The notes under the pieces were generated by a model, which did not search any database, was not told the origin of the DNA, and saw only the letters and a program-made list of their open reading frames with translations. From Geosiphon pyriformis uo1 (Eukaryota; Fungi; Glomeromycota), in the NCBI GenBank assembly GCA_016748015.1, contig JAAOMT010000617.1, positions 628,635 to 692,634 of the forward strand: a DNA stretch of 64,000 nucleotides, written 5' to 3'. Numbering within the stretch: position 1 is the stretch's first letter; every line of letters starts with the position of its first letter. Position numbers and translations under genes: made by a program. Of the stretch, positions 27,271 through 39,000 are shown piece by piece.

Positions 27271-30200
27271 TTACTTGGTGGTAAGTCTGAAGAGAGCATT
27301 GGCATTTTGATGATTAGCTTCTTTATGGTATTGAATATCATAGTCGAATTCTTCCAAGTGGAGTATCCAGTGGGTTATCCATTTATGTTCTAGTCTTTTC
27401 TTGTTGCACAGCCAAACCAAAGCTTGGTGATCTGTTACTACCAAAAACTTTACATCAAGGAGATACTTATCTCAGTAGCTGGTAATCCAAACTACTGCTA
27501 AGCATTCCTGCTCAGTAACTAAATAGTTTTTTTCTGCTGGTGTAAGGGTTCTACTGGCATAGGCTATTGCATGTTTCCTGTCATCTTTATCTTTTTGTAA
27601 GAGAACAGCACCAAGTCTATAACCAGATACATCAGTATGAAGGATGAAAAGTTGATCCAGATCAGGTTGCTTGAGAATAGGTTCTGTAACCAATTTTTCT
27701 TTGAGGGTTTCAAATGCTTTCTGCTGATGTGTGCCCCAATGGTAGTTGACATTTTTTCTGAATAGCTGATTGAGTGAAGAGGCAATTTTGGAGAAATCCT
27801 TAACAAATTTGCGATAATAGGAGGCCAAACCAAGGAAAGACGTAATTCATGAACATTCATTGATTGTTTTATGTTCTGAACTTTTTCCACTTTGGCTGGA
27901 TCAGAGAAGATTCTATTTTTTGTAATAAAATGGCCAAAAAATTGGGTGGATTGTCTTCCAAAAAAAGATTTGATTGGGTTGATCTTGAGACCTGCATTTC
28001 TGAAAAGATCAAAAACCTTTTGCAAATGTTCAAGGTGTTTATCCCAGGTTTTTGAGTATACCATTATATCGTCCAGATAGACCAGAACAAAGTTTTCTTT
28101 CACTGATTCAAATACTTTATCCATTAAGCATTAAAAGGTGAGAGAGGCATTGGTGAGACCAAAAGACATGACTATGAATTTATAGGTGCCATATTTGGTG
28201 ATGAAGGTGGTTTTCTTCTGGCTTTCTAAATCCATCTCTACTTGCCAAAATCCAACAGTTAGATTAATGGTTGAAAAAAAAGCAGCATCTTTGAATTGGT
28301 TCAGCATTGCATTAATCTTGGGAAGTGAGTACATATCTCTTTCAGTGATGGTATTTAATTGGTGGTAGTTAACACAAAAGTGTAGGGTTCTACTTTTCTT
28401 GGATACCACTACAACTGGAAAAGCCCATTCACTCTTGGTTTTTTGTATAAATCCAAGTTTTTTTATGCAGTTTATCTCTTTCTTGATAAACTTATCATTG
28501 TGACAATTGGACTGATAAGGCTTCAAATGGATAGGGCAAGTTTCTCTGGTGGTGATAGTGTGTTATATCACATGGGTTTGTTCAGAGATATCACCTTCTT
28601 TTGAGATAATTGAGCTATTTCTATCCAACATATTTTCAATGTCTATCTTTCTTTCTTCTGGGGAGGGTTCTTTTTGTTCTACAACTAATGATTGGATTTC
28701 AGGTGGTTCACTTTTAAATGACTTCTGTACTTCTTTCAATTCTTCTCTGGATATCAAACTGATTGGTTCCCAATCTTTGTAATAGATCAGGCATGATTTG
28801 CATTCATTACTTGGAGAATACAAGAGTTGATTGCACCAGTACTGGGCACAAAGACCATGCCACCAATAATGGTACTTGGCTTTCTTGCCAGGCTTTTGGT
28901 CAAAAATTCTTCTTAGAATATCATAATAGGGCCAGTAAATCAACTTGCCATTCACAATGATTTTCTCTCTATCAGCTTTAATATTGTCTAGTGGCTTGCC
29001 ATTACTGATGAAAGTGGTATAGGCGAGTTTAGCAGTTTCTTCTTGTTTTTTTTGTTCATCTTCTTCATCACTCTCTTCATTATCTGATTCCTCTGATTGC
29101 TCATCTTCTTGATTTTGTTTGGTTGAAGGAGTTGTCCAATGACAACATTTAACCACAATGAGTTTTTCACCACATTTTATGGTTAGCTTACAAAGTTCAT
29201 AGTCGAGTAAGGCTTTTGCTTTCTTGAGCCACTCATTGCCAACAATAATGATGTATTTTTTAGCTTCAGAAACTTCCATGTCAGTTTCAATACTGATGCC
29301 ATTGATGCAGACAGGAATAGCTTTGGCAATGCCCAGACTTTTCTTCTTGTCACCATGTACATTGGTCATTGGTTGGGTGGAAGGCTCATTAATTTTTCTG
29401 CCAATTGCTTTAAGGAAGTGTTTGACAATTACATTAACAGATGATCCACTATCTAGGATCAAGTCAATGAAGTAACTAGCCACTTGTGCTTTGCAAATTA
29501 GAGGAGTAATATTGCTGTTGTCAGCAAGTCCAGCTTGACAAGGGCATTTATTGGTCTTTGGTGTTTTCTTCTTGGAGATTAAAAATTTGCAGAGATTTTT
29601 TCTGAACTGTGGATGGGTCATTAACTGGCCAAAGATAATGTGTACTGGGGTTTTCATGAGATCTTTGACAACAAAATAGGGTCCAGATTTTTGTACAATT
29701 TCTGGGGGTTCTAACTTTGGAAAGTTCTTAAAAACTTTGGCTTTTGGTGGCTTATTGTTATCAGTAGTGAAAGTTGAGGCTTTGTTGAGATTTAGAACGA
29801 AATTAACCTTGGCTTTCTTCTTTTTTCTGGTTGATTCAGAAGTGTTGATTGCTAATTCATTCATGTCATGGTCATCATCAGTTAAGTTAAAAGCAAAAAA
29901 GGGGTTTTCTTCTGGTTGGCTTGTACTCTCACTTTTTGGAGATGCGCCTACCAGTTTAAAGACTGATAGACTGTGGCTTCAACTAGAGAATCCTCTCCAA
30001 AGAAATTGATGTTGGCATGGTTGGATCTTTGATTGGAAGCATTATTGTTGATGAGTCTATTGTTTTGATTGTCATTATTTCTGGGGACTGGAGGAGGTAA
30101 AGAAGGATTGTTGCAATCTCTTGAGAAATGTCCAGTTAATCCACATCTATAATATACAGGAGGACTATGATTTTGCTGTCCTTGATAAGGAAATTGCTGG

Positions 30201-31501
30201 AGCTGATTAAAACATGGTTCATATCTGGGTCTTTGTGGTTGTTGGTTATCTCTAACTGCTTGTGCCAAAGGTTCTAATAACTGGGCAAGATTGGCTATGA
30301 GTCTATCAATTAATTGTTTATTTGGATCTTGAGTTTGGACAGCAAAAAAGGCAACAGCCATTTGAGAGGCAAGAGCCATGACAAAAGCAGAAGCAAAAAC
30401 TGGAAGTGTAGATTCCAAATGTATTCTTTGGTTGTCTTCAATTTATTGGGCAAGTTCAATGGCTATGTCCATTGTAAGATTGTCTTTCAGGGCCAAGAGA
30501 GACCAAAAAGCATAAGATAAATTGGTTCTCAATCTTTTTGTGAAGAAATAAATCTTTTGCTCTTCTGTCCAATTTTTTCCAGAGTCTACACACTTGATTA
30601 ACTTTCTGATTGCTTTAGCATATTCAGTTACAATTTCACCAGGGCCTTGAGTTCTTTTTTCTAATTCCATGCACCACTTGGATATCAAGATTGGGATTCT
30701 GAATTTGTTTTCAAACCAGGTTGTGAAAGAAATGTTGTTTTCTCTGGCATTTGCTGGCATTCATCTAATGATTCTTTGATAGGCATTAGCATCAGTTTCC
30801 TGTAAGAACCAGGTAGCAGAAGAGCCTTGGAGGTAGCCACCAACAATTTGAAACTTGTACTCATCATTGTATTGGTTGGCTGTAGCAGCTCTTTCAAAGT
30901 CATCCAACCATTTAATTGGATCTTGTGCATCACCTCTGAATAATGGTAGTGAGGTGTTGTTTCTTCGTCCCAAAGCAGTTTGTATGCCTTGAAGAGTGGC
31001 CAGGATGTTTGCTTGCATTGGATCTTGGGCCATTGGTTTAGGAGTTACTGTTTGTATGGAGTGCTCTAATTTACTTAAGAAGAGATCAAAAATAGGGGCT
31101 GTTTGGTAGCTTTCTTCTTCTGTTTTAAGAAGAGTTACTGTTGATTGATGGATAGCAATCCAAATGTGGATTTGATGATTCAGATATTCGAAATCAGGGG
31201 GCTGTTGTTCAAAGATTGCAGAATATAAGAGCTAATTAATACTGTTGTTTTTTTCTTCAAAGTCATCTTCAAAATAAGCTTGATTAAAGTAATAGGTTGT
31301 ATAAGTTGTGTAGGTTTCAGCTGAATGCTCATTCAGGAACCAGTTCCAAAAGTCTTGGAATTGTCTGCTGGATTGTTTTTCAATGGGGAAGCAGATCAAG
31401 CAGGAGGGCAGAGGATTAAGTTCAATAAAATCTAGGTCATTTCTGTTGTGTACTGCAAAGTGTTTTTTTGATTGCTGTGACAGATATAAATAATCATCCA
31501 T
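27271..31501 (-). pseudogene. A2 ORF1 Gag-PR-RT-RNase H polyprotein (no dUTPase)
   Basis: FRGDAQDP..WL..F gag, CGLTGHFSRDC knuckle, LILDSGSS, RT (YLDDI), RH (HTDVSG.LGAVL, ECLAVVW). Confidence 0.9.
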
Positions 31502-31531
31502 ACAATGAAAAAATAAGTGAATTTTGACAAA

Positions 31532-31547
31532 CTCACAGGGAGCACCA
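31532..31547 (-). promoter_or_regulatory. Primer-binding site TGGTGCTCCCTGTGAG of A2
   Basis: 6 nt downstream of the 5' LTR; complementary to a tRNA 3' end CUCACAGGGAGCACCA; same sequence in B2. Confidence 0.85.
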
Positions 31548-32245
31548 CTTTTATATTATGGGTTGAAGTAACAAGCTAACAGATAACAAGAGAGAACAGG
31601 ATTGTAGGGTAATAAAAGGAATCAAAGGGAATTCAATTTCAAAGAGCAAATTGAATGAGTATGGATTCAATGTGCAAGATCAGTCTCATAAAATATCTCA
31701 GTTACTATACTTTTCAAGAATAACTGGAGAATCTAAAGGTAGAGAGATAGTTTGTACTGTCAACAAATGATCATGCTTGGTACAATTTTATGCTTCACAT
31801 CAGCACTCTTAAAATTCTATATCAGGTATCAGATGTACTCTTCAGTCATATTTTATTCAATAATCTTCAAATGTTACAATTACACATTTCAGGAAAAGAT
31901 TAAAGAATAACCAACAAGTAATCTTTTATTTTTAAGATGTTCAGATACTTAAAAGTAGGGAAAGAGAAATTAGCAATAAGAGAGAGATTGAGATGAAAGT
32001 TGTTATTTTATTTATTTAATTTCTTTGATTTCTTCATTAATATTTTTCTACAGCTAAGAAACTCATCACTTATATATCTATTGAAAGTAGTCAATAACCA
32101 AGTCAATGATCAGGTCAATGGTCAGGTCATTAATTAGATTAATAATCACTATTTAAAAATAGGGTGGCTAATTATATAACATTAGTGGCTAATACATGTG
32201 ATAACTAATAAAAACTATGAGTTTCAACCATAACAGTATGATTAG

Positions 32246-32320
32246 CAGTTATTGAAGTGGTTATTGAAGTGGTTATTGAAGTGGTTATTATTGAGGTGGT
32301 ATTTGTGGTTATTGAATTGG
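32246..32320 (-). repeat. 12-bp tandem repeat (CAATAACCACTT) in the B1 gag Q/P-rich linker
   Basis: GTGGTTATTGAA x3-5 on the + strand; reads Q*PL, ancestral QQPL. Confidence 0.8.
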
Positions 32321-35049
32321 TTTGACAATTGGTTTAATTGATGGCTAATTAATTATGTTTATCAGGGGTAAGTGTTTTTGATTAATTATGTTGGAGTTGG
32401 AATTGTTCTGATTTTCTTAAGTTTGAATATTTGGGGTTTGATTTTTTAGGGTTTTTGTGATTGGATTTTGTTTATTAATTTCTTGATTACTGTCTTCTTC
32501 TTCCTCAGAGTTGGTTATTTTTCAGAGACTAGTGGTTCTAAAATCTGGTTGTGGTAGTGATAATCAAATTTCTGATGGCATTGAAGATTGCAATTTAAAT
32601 CTCTCAAAATAATTGCTGTATGTTTCTAATAACTCTGCTTTTTTTTGTTTACTTTGAAACAGAATTCTGTTCAGTGGCATTGTCATACTTGCTATAGCCA
32701 CACTTATTATATTGATAGTACTTTTGGGTATGTGGTGATATGATGGATTAGCAAATAAATCAAATCTTTGTTTCTTCCAAGTGGATAGTTGGATTTGCTT
32801 TGGTGTTTTGGCTGGTGTTTGTAACCTTCCTTTTTCTTTGTCAACAAAAGTGATAAAAAATCTCTGTTTGGTGTATTTTTCAATTTTCCTGTTTATTTTT
32901 GTAATTAAGAGTGCAAATAAGTAGTTTTGTAAAAGGGTGGTACTTTGGAATAGTTCATTAAAGAAATTGTTGAAGGTGAATTCTGGATTTTCTTGGCCTC
33001 TCAAATAATATACTATTCTCTCATTAACATAACAGTTGAAAGCTGATTTTGTTGGCCAACTATTATTTGTTAATCCAAGATAAATATAATAATGTTAGAA
33101 TAAGAATTTTGCAAATTCCAAATGGTTTGTTCTTGTTTTTTCGGATTCTGTTACTGTTTTGGATAAGTGTTATTGGTGCTGGTTCTCTGTTAGATTATAC
33201 TTTACAGAGAACACCAAATGTTACAGGTGCTTATTTGGGATCTCAAATCAAATAACAAACCTGTAATATGGTGCTCAATAACTGATTTCATTGATAATAT
33301 CTGAAGATTGTTTATATCTGAAGGTTTTGGTTGAGTCTTTTGTATAATAGACAAAGATTCACTTATTGTTTTATCCATAACTTTTCAGAACCACAATTCT
33401 ATCAAATTTTTTTCTCAGCATGATGACTGGTAATTCTTCTGGTAAGCTATCTTTAATTGGGTATTCTACCCTTATTTTTGGGTCTTTTACCAGTTACTTA
33501 TATCCTAATGTTAGTACTTTTGGGTGTTAATTTTTTTAATCAAGTTAGTAACCCAAATAAACAAAAACAGAAAATCAAATAAAGAAAAATAAAAAAAGAA
33601 AATAAAAGGAAAGAAAGAAATAAGCCAAGACAATGAATGTTAGTATCTCATCAATAGTCATAATCAAAAGCTATTGTTCTAGCATGATTAAGTATTTACT
33701 ACTATTAACATAAAATGTTAATAACAGAGAATAAACTAAAATAGTGAATAATTATTTATTGATATTTTTGAATGGAAAGATTGCTTAGATTAAATATAAA
33801 CTAAGAAGTCTGTCTTTTTTACTTCTAATATTATTGCTATATATACATAATTAAGATTTCTCAATTTTTTAATTCTTTATACCAGGAATCTTGAAATTCC
33901 TGGAATTTTGCAATTTCTTTGAAAAAAATCCTGGAATTCTGGAATTCTGCAATTTCTCATATAAAAATTCTGAAATTTCTGGAATTCTGCAATTCCTCTA
34001 GAAGAAATTCTGGAATTTCATATTTATTATATCTACCTCTGATTGGCTAATTTATATACTAATATTTTTTCTATATTCTATAAATAACAATGTCTTAATT
34101 TGGCAATTTTTAAAATCAATAATAAATATTATTGTGCTTTTCAATTGTTTTTTTATTTAATAAATTATAAGAACAAATAATTATTTCTTAGACTAATTTT
34201 AACAATACAAATCAAGAAAAAAAAATAAGGTATATAAATACCAACAAATAATCTTTTATTTTAAGATGTTCAAATACTTAAAAATAGAAAAAGATAAATA
34301 AGTGATATAAAAAAAAGTAATTAATAATAGATTTTATTTTATTACTTTAATTATGTTTTTTTATAATTAAAAAACTTATTACTTATATAGCTATTAAAAG
34401 TGGTTAATAATCAGGTTAGCAACTAGATTAATAATTAGATTATTGATTAGATTAATAATTAAATCAATAATTAGATTAATAATTAGGTTAATAATCAAAT
34501 TATTAATTAAGTTAATAATTATTATTTAAAAATAAAATAATTAATTATATAAAATCAATAGCTAATATATATAATAACTAATAAAAACTATGAGTTTTAA
34601 TTATAATATTATTTTTTCTAAAGAGATTAAGCTCCAGTAAAATCAAGATATTTTATTTGAAAGTTTTTATTTAACTTGAAACTAACTAATTTAGTGAAAT
34701 TTTTTATAGATAAAATATATAATACTTAGAATTTTTATCTGTATTTTAGAAGTTGTTTTTTTATGAATTTTATATTTTCTATGATTTTACCAAATTGACT
34801 ATAGAGTTTTAATTGTTTTTTATATAACAAATTTTTGTTTATAAACAAGATTTTTTTAATTTTATTTTAAGTATATTAGAAAGTAATAATATTGTTACAG
34901 GTTGGAGTAACAAGCTAATAGATAGCAAGGGAGAACAGGATTGTAGGATAATAAAAATAATCAAAAAGAATTCAACTTCAAAGAGTAAATTAAATAAGTA
35001 TGGTGTTACTCATAGAATATAGGAAACATAGTATTATTAGTCAGTAAAT

Positions 35050-35265
35050 ATTAGCCAATCAGATGTAAATGTAGTAAATGTGGAATTCCAAGATTCCCCT
35101 CAGAGAAATTGCAAGATTCCAGGAATTTCAGGATTCTCCAATAAGGAATTGCAGGATTCCAAAATTCCAGGATTCCTCTCATCAGGAATTACAGGATTCC
35201 AGAAATTCCAGAATTCCTGTCACAAGGAATTGAAGAATTGAGAAATCTCAAATATGTATATATAG
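35050..35265 (+). promoter_or_regulatory. B-family LTR U3 promoter: CCAAT box, GGAATT/GGATTCC repeat array, TATA-like TATATATAG
   Basis: AGCCAATCAG at ~35053, ~37-bp units GGAATTGCAGGATTCCAGGAATTCCAGGATTCC x3-4, TATATATAG at ~35257; present in all four B LTRs. Confidence 0.6.
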
Positions 35266-35541
35266 CAGTAGCATTAGAAGCAAAAAAGAGAGAATCAACA
35301 CCAAGAATTCTTAGCTTAGTTATTACAATTCTCAAATAAATAATTATTCATTATATCAAATTTATTCTCCACTATCAACACTTCATGTTGATGATAACTG
35401 ATACTTAACCATACTGGAACAATAGCTCTTGATTATGGCTATTGACAGGATACTAACTTACAAATTGCCTTGGCTTATTTCTTATTTTCTCTTTTATCTT
35501 TCTTTATTTTCTTTGTTGTCTACTAACTTGATTAAAGAATT

Positions 35542-35700
35542 TACTCTTGGAGAACTTATGGAGAAATAAAGCTTACTAAAAATACTTACTCTTGGAGAAC
35601 TTACAAAGGAATAAAACTTACTAAAAATACTTACTCTTGGAGGACTTATGGAGGAATAAACTTGCTTAAACAACACTTACTTTTGGAGAACTTATGGAGG
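35542..35700 (+). repeat. 39-bp tandem repeat in the B2 LTR (also 55150-55310)
   Basis: TACTCTTGGAGAACTTATGGAGGAATAAAGCTTACTAAAAA-like unit x4; absent from the B1 LTRs. Confidence 0.85.
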
Positions 35701-35975
35701 AACTGACATTAGGAAACCACACTGGTATACACTTATGGAGGATATTGTACCAGGAAAATCATCAACTATCAAGCTGAGCAAGCAATTGGCAAAACTATGG
35801 TGCCAGGAAACTACTAATAAATTGTTATCATTGAATCTCTGTCCATTATACAAAAAACTCAATTGGAAAACCTTTAGATAAAATACCTTCAGATTATCAT
35901 CATCATTGATCGCCTTGAGCACTAAGTTATGGGTTTGTTATTCACTCGACACCCCAAAGAATCACCTGTAACATT

Positions 35976-35992
35976 TGGTGCTCCCTGTGAGG
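35976..35992 (+). promoter_or_regulatory. Primer-binding site TGGTGCTCCCTGTGAGG of B2
   Basis: 2 nt after the LTR end TGTAACA. Confidence 0.85.
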
Positions 35993-36032
35993 TATAATCT
36001 TACAGAGAACCAGCACCAACAACTAATCAACA

Positions 36033-39000
36033 GTGGCAGAATCAGAAAATATAGGAGCAAACCATTTAGGATTCACGAAATCCTTGTTTCAACAATACAG
36101 TCAACAATTAGGATTAAACAGTAATCATTACCCAGCCGAATCAGTCTTCAACTATTACATCAATGATAAAATCACAGACTGTTTAGAAGAAATAGTTAAT
36201 ATCAAGTCAGCAAGAAAAAATTTCTATATGGAATTATTTCAACACACCAGCTTACCAAGAAATCACAGTTTTGTCCCAATCATCAGGGAAATTAATCAAA
36301 CCATTGAAAGATACATGCAACAACAATTTCCCATTACCTACGCAGACAAAGATAAAGGAAGAATACAAGCACCAGCAGCAACACCAAAAGGAATACAGTT
36401 ACCTAGTTGGAAAAAACACAGAGTAGAATCACCAACTGCTCCATCATATCACTACATACCGAGAAGCACCATCCACATTTCATCAGCAGACGTGTTTATC
36501 TCAAATGCGACATCAACATTTAGAAGATTTCAGTTCCAAAGCAAACAATAGAAAGAAGACTTACTAGGACCATACAGAGTGTATTTTGAAGGATTTAAAT
36601 CATGATCTCCAATACCATCAGGAATTCGATTACCAATATCCCAACCAGATTTTGGAGCTGCTACTCCATAGAAATTATCAGAGGAAGAAAAGGAAGAAAG
36701 TGAGGATCAAAGATTCATCTACCAAAACCTGATCTCAGAAAACTCGGAATTTGAAACCCTGAATTTTCAAACCCCAATAAACCCAAATTTAGAAAATCTG
36801 GAAAATGCAACTCTGAATATTCAAACACCACAAAACCCCAAACAAATTAATCAGAATAACTTACTTTCGAATATCATCATCAATCAACCATCAATTGATC
36901 CAATAGCCAAACTTATACACCAACTCATCCAACAGCCGTATCAACCAAATCAACTGCCCTTTCAGCAATCTGCTCAACAGCTGTTTTTACTACCACCACA
37001 ACAACTTCAACAACCTGTGTAGCAACAAATGGCATATGCATCTATAGCCAAACTTGAAAAATTCACTGGCAATGAAGACAATACACAAACATGGATAAAC
37101 GATGTCGCCAAAGCAATCGTCGCCAATAATTGGGACAATGCTAGAGCCCTTTAAGCGATCCCCTATTTTCTTCAGGATATTGCAGATGCATGGTATCAGA
37201 GTTTAGTCACCCCACCACAGACATTTCAGCAGTTCAAAACCGAGTTTCTAAGATATTTCAGCAATAATAATAGCATCAACAAATTAGCCAACATCTTCAA
37301 TATCATCAAACAAGGAGACACTGAAGCAGTCACTACTTACTTGGGACGCTTCCATAAAAATCTGCATTAGATTCAGGCCATTGAAGCTAACTACTTCACA
37401 GCACCACAAATTTTAAATCAGTTTATTAGAGAATTACACAGCAGTATCCTCCAATGAGTACACCCAATGCACCCAGCTAACCTACCAACTGCAGTTACAC
37501 ACACTAGAGATTTTGAAGCCGCAGAACTTGAGACTAACCACGTCCAAGCCATCAACCTAGTGATAAATGGATCATCTGAATTGGATTCCAAATTGAAACA
37601 ATTCAGTGATTCAATTAATCAGAAATTGGAAGGATACTTAGCTGACAATTGTGCAATTTATTAACCACTTCAATGACACAGCAATCCAGGAAACTACAAT
37701 CATTTTCAAAATCAAGCATGTCTCTCAACATCGGCCAATCAGCAGTGGCAGCCAGAGATGCGTGTCTGTCACAACTGTGGTAAACAAGGGCACATTAAAG
37801 CAAACTGCAACACTTATAACCATCCATAATCGGGAAATCAATATAGAAACCCCAATCATTAATTTCAAACTCCGAGATATCAACAAAATCAGGAACAATA
37901 TCAACCCGCTTACCTGCCAGTGATGCAGCCAATGTATCAAACACCTACACCAGTATATCAAACCCCAATTTATCAACCGCAGCCGCAAGTAATATATCAG
38001 CCGCAGCCACAAATCATCTATCAATCCCAACCAATTCAAACACTGCCCCAGAACCCAGCTCAAATAACATTAGGCAACCCTCAATCCAGAGTTACTCAAA
38101 ACTGGAGATTGGTGATGGTTGTTTACCAACTGGTCCCCAATTTATTAAACCCACAATCAGGATCATGCCCACAGAATTTGGATACTGGTCATGCCCAAAA
38201 CCCAAATTCCCAACACTATTTAAGTCTCCTGGTTACTCCAGAAGATGCCACATCCAACAAACTGAAATCCAATCAGCAATTACTTACCAACACAATTCCA
38301 CCAACAACCATCTCCAATGACAAATTTCTAGCAGCTATCTTTTCTTTTGAACTCAAAGAAACCACACCAATACTATTATTTAGTAGAGCCACCTTTGAAG
38401 AAAAACCCATCACAGTGATATACACAGATGCCAGAGTTGATGGTTATCCCATCAAACTCATCTTAGATAGTGGATCAGCTGGCAGCATTATCACAAGACA
38501 GCTCATGGATCAATTAGGTTGCCAAGTTGATCAAGCTGCCAGCGCCAGAATCATCACAGCCGATGGAGCAACCAAAACTCCAATCAGCAAAATCAATGAC
38601 ATCATGACTCCCATTAAAGTTTTAGTGATAGAAGCCACTCAATACCAAACTCTTATTAGTAATGACTGGCTATTCAAAGTCAATGCGATGTTAGACTGGA
38701 ACACCCAGGAACTCCAGCTAACATATCAGAGCCAATACATACATGTACCAGCCATGTGTGGCCACTTTAAGACTCTTCCAAGAGAGAAACTATTGATCAA
38801 ACTGGAGAAGGCAAAAGAGAAACCTACTTGGGAAGCTTACCAAGTCTCTCGGGCCAATGCTAACCACAATGAACTACCACCCATACTATCATGGGACGAC
38901 AAAGAGAAGAAGAACTTACTTGAAGAACAAATCAGGAATCTTGGAATGATGACAGCCAAAGCAAACCAACCACAGAATGGACTTGGAAAGAGAAAGAAAA

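Larger units (their letters stand above)
24495..32235 (-). mobile_element. Ty3/Gypsy family A element A2 (LTRs 24495-25236 and 31554-32235; TSD GTAT), inserted in B1 gag
   Basis: Paired LTRs; GTAT at 24491-24494 and 32236-32239; PBS 31532-31547; PPT next to 25236; gag CCHC, LILDSGS protease, RT YLDD, RNase H, IN and ORF3. Confidence 0.95.
16361..34089 (-). mobile_element. Ty3/Gypsy family B element B1 (LTRs 16361-17229 and 33219-34089; TSD ATGT), carries nested A2
   Basis: Paired ~870-bp LTRs; ATGT at 16357-16360 and 34090-34093; decayed PBS at ~33201-33216; gag, PR, Cys-rich domain, dUTPase, RT, RH, IN and ORF3 remnants. Confidence 0.92.

Noticed and set aside
35542-35700. CRISPR-like look of the LTR repeat arrays
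   Set aside because: Head-to-tail units without unique spacers, eukaryotic LTR context, no cas genes
35494-35922. Antisense ORFs repeated at 55104-55535
   Set aside because: They recur only because the two LTRs are copies; they are low-complexity translations of the 39-bp repeat and are not shared with the B1 LTRs
35976-35992. tRNA gene fragment
   Set aside because: Only the 16-17 nt complementary to a tRNA 3' end; this is a PBS, with no cloverleaf
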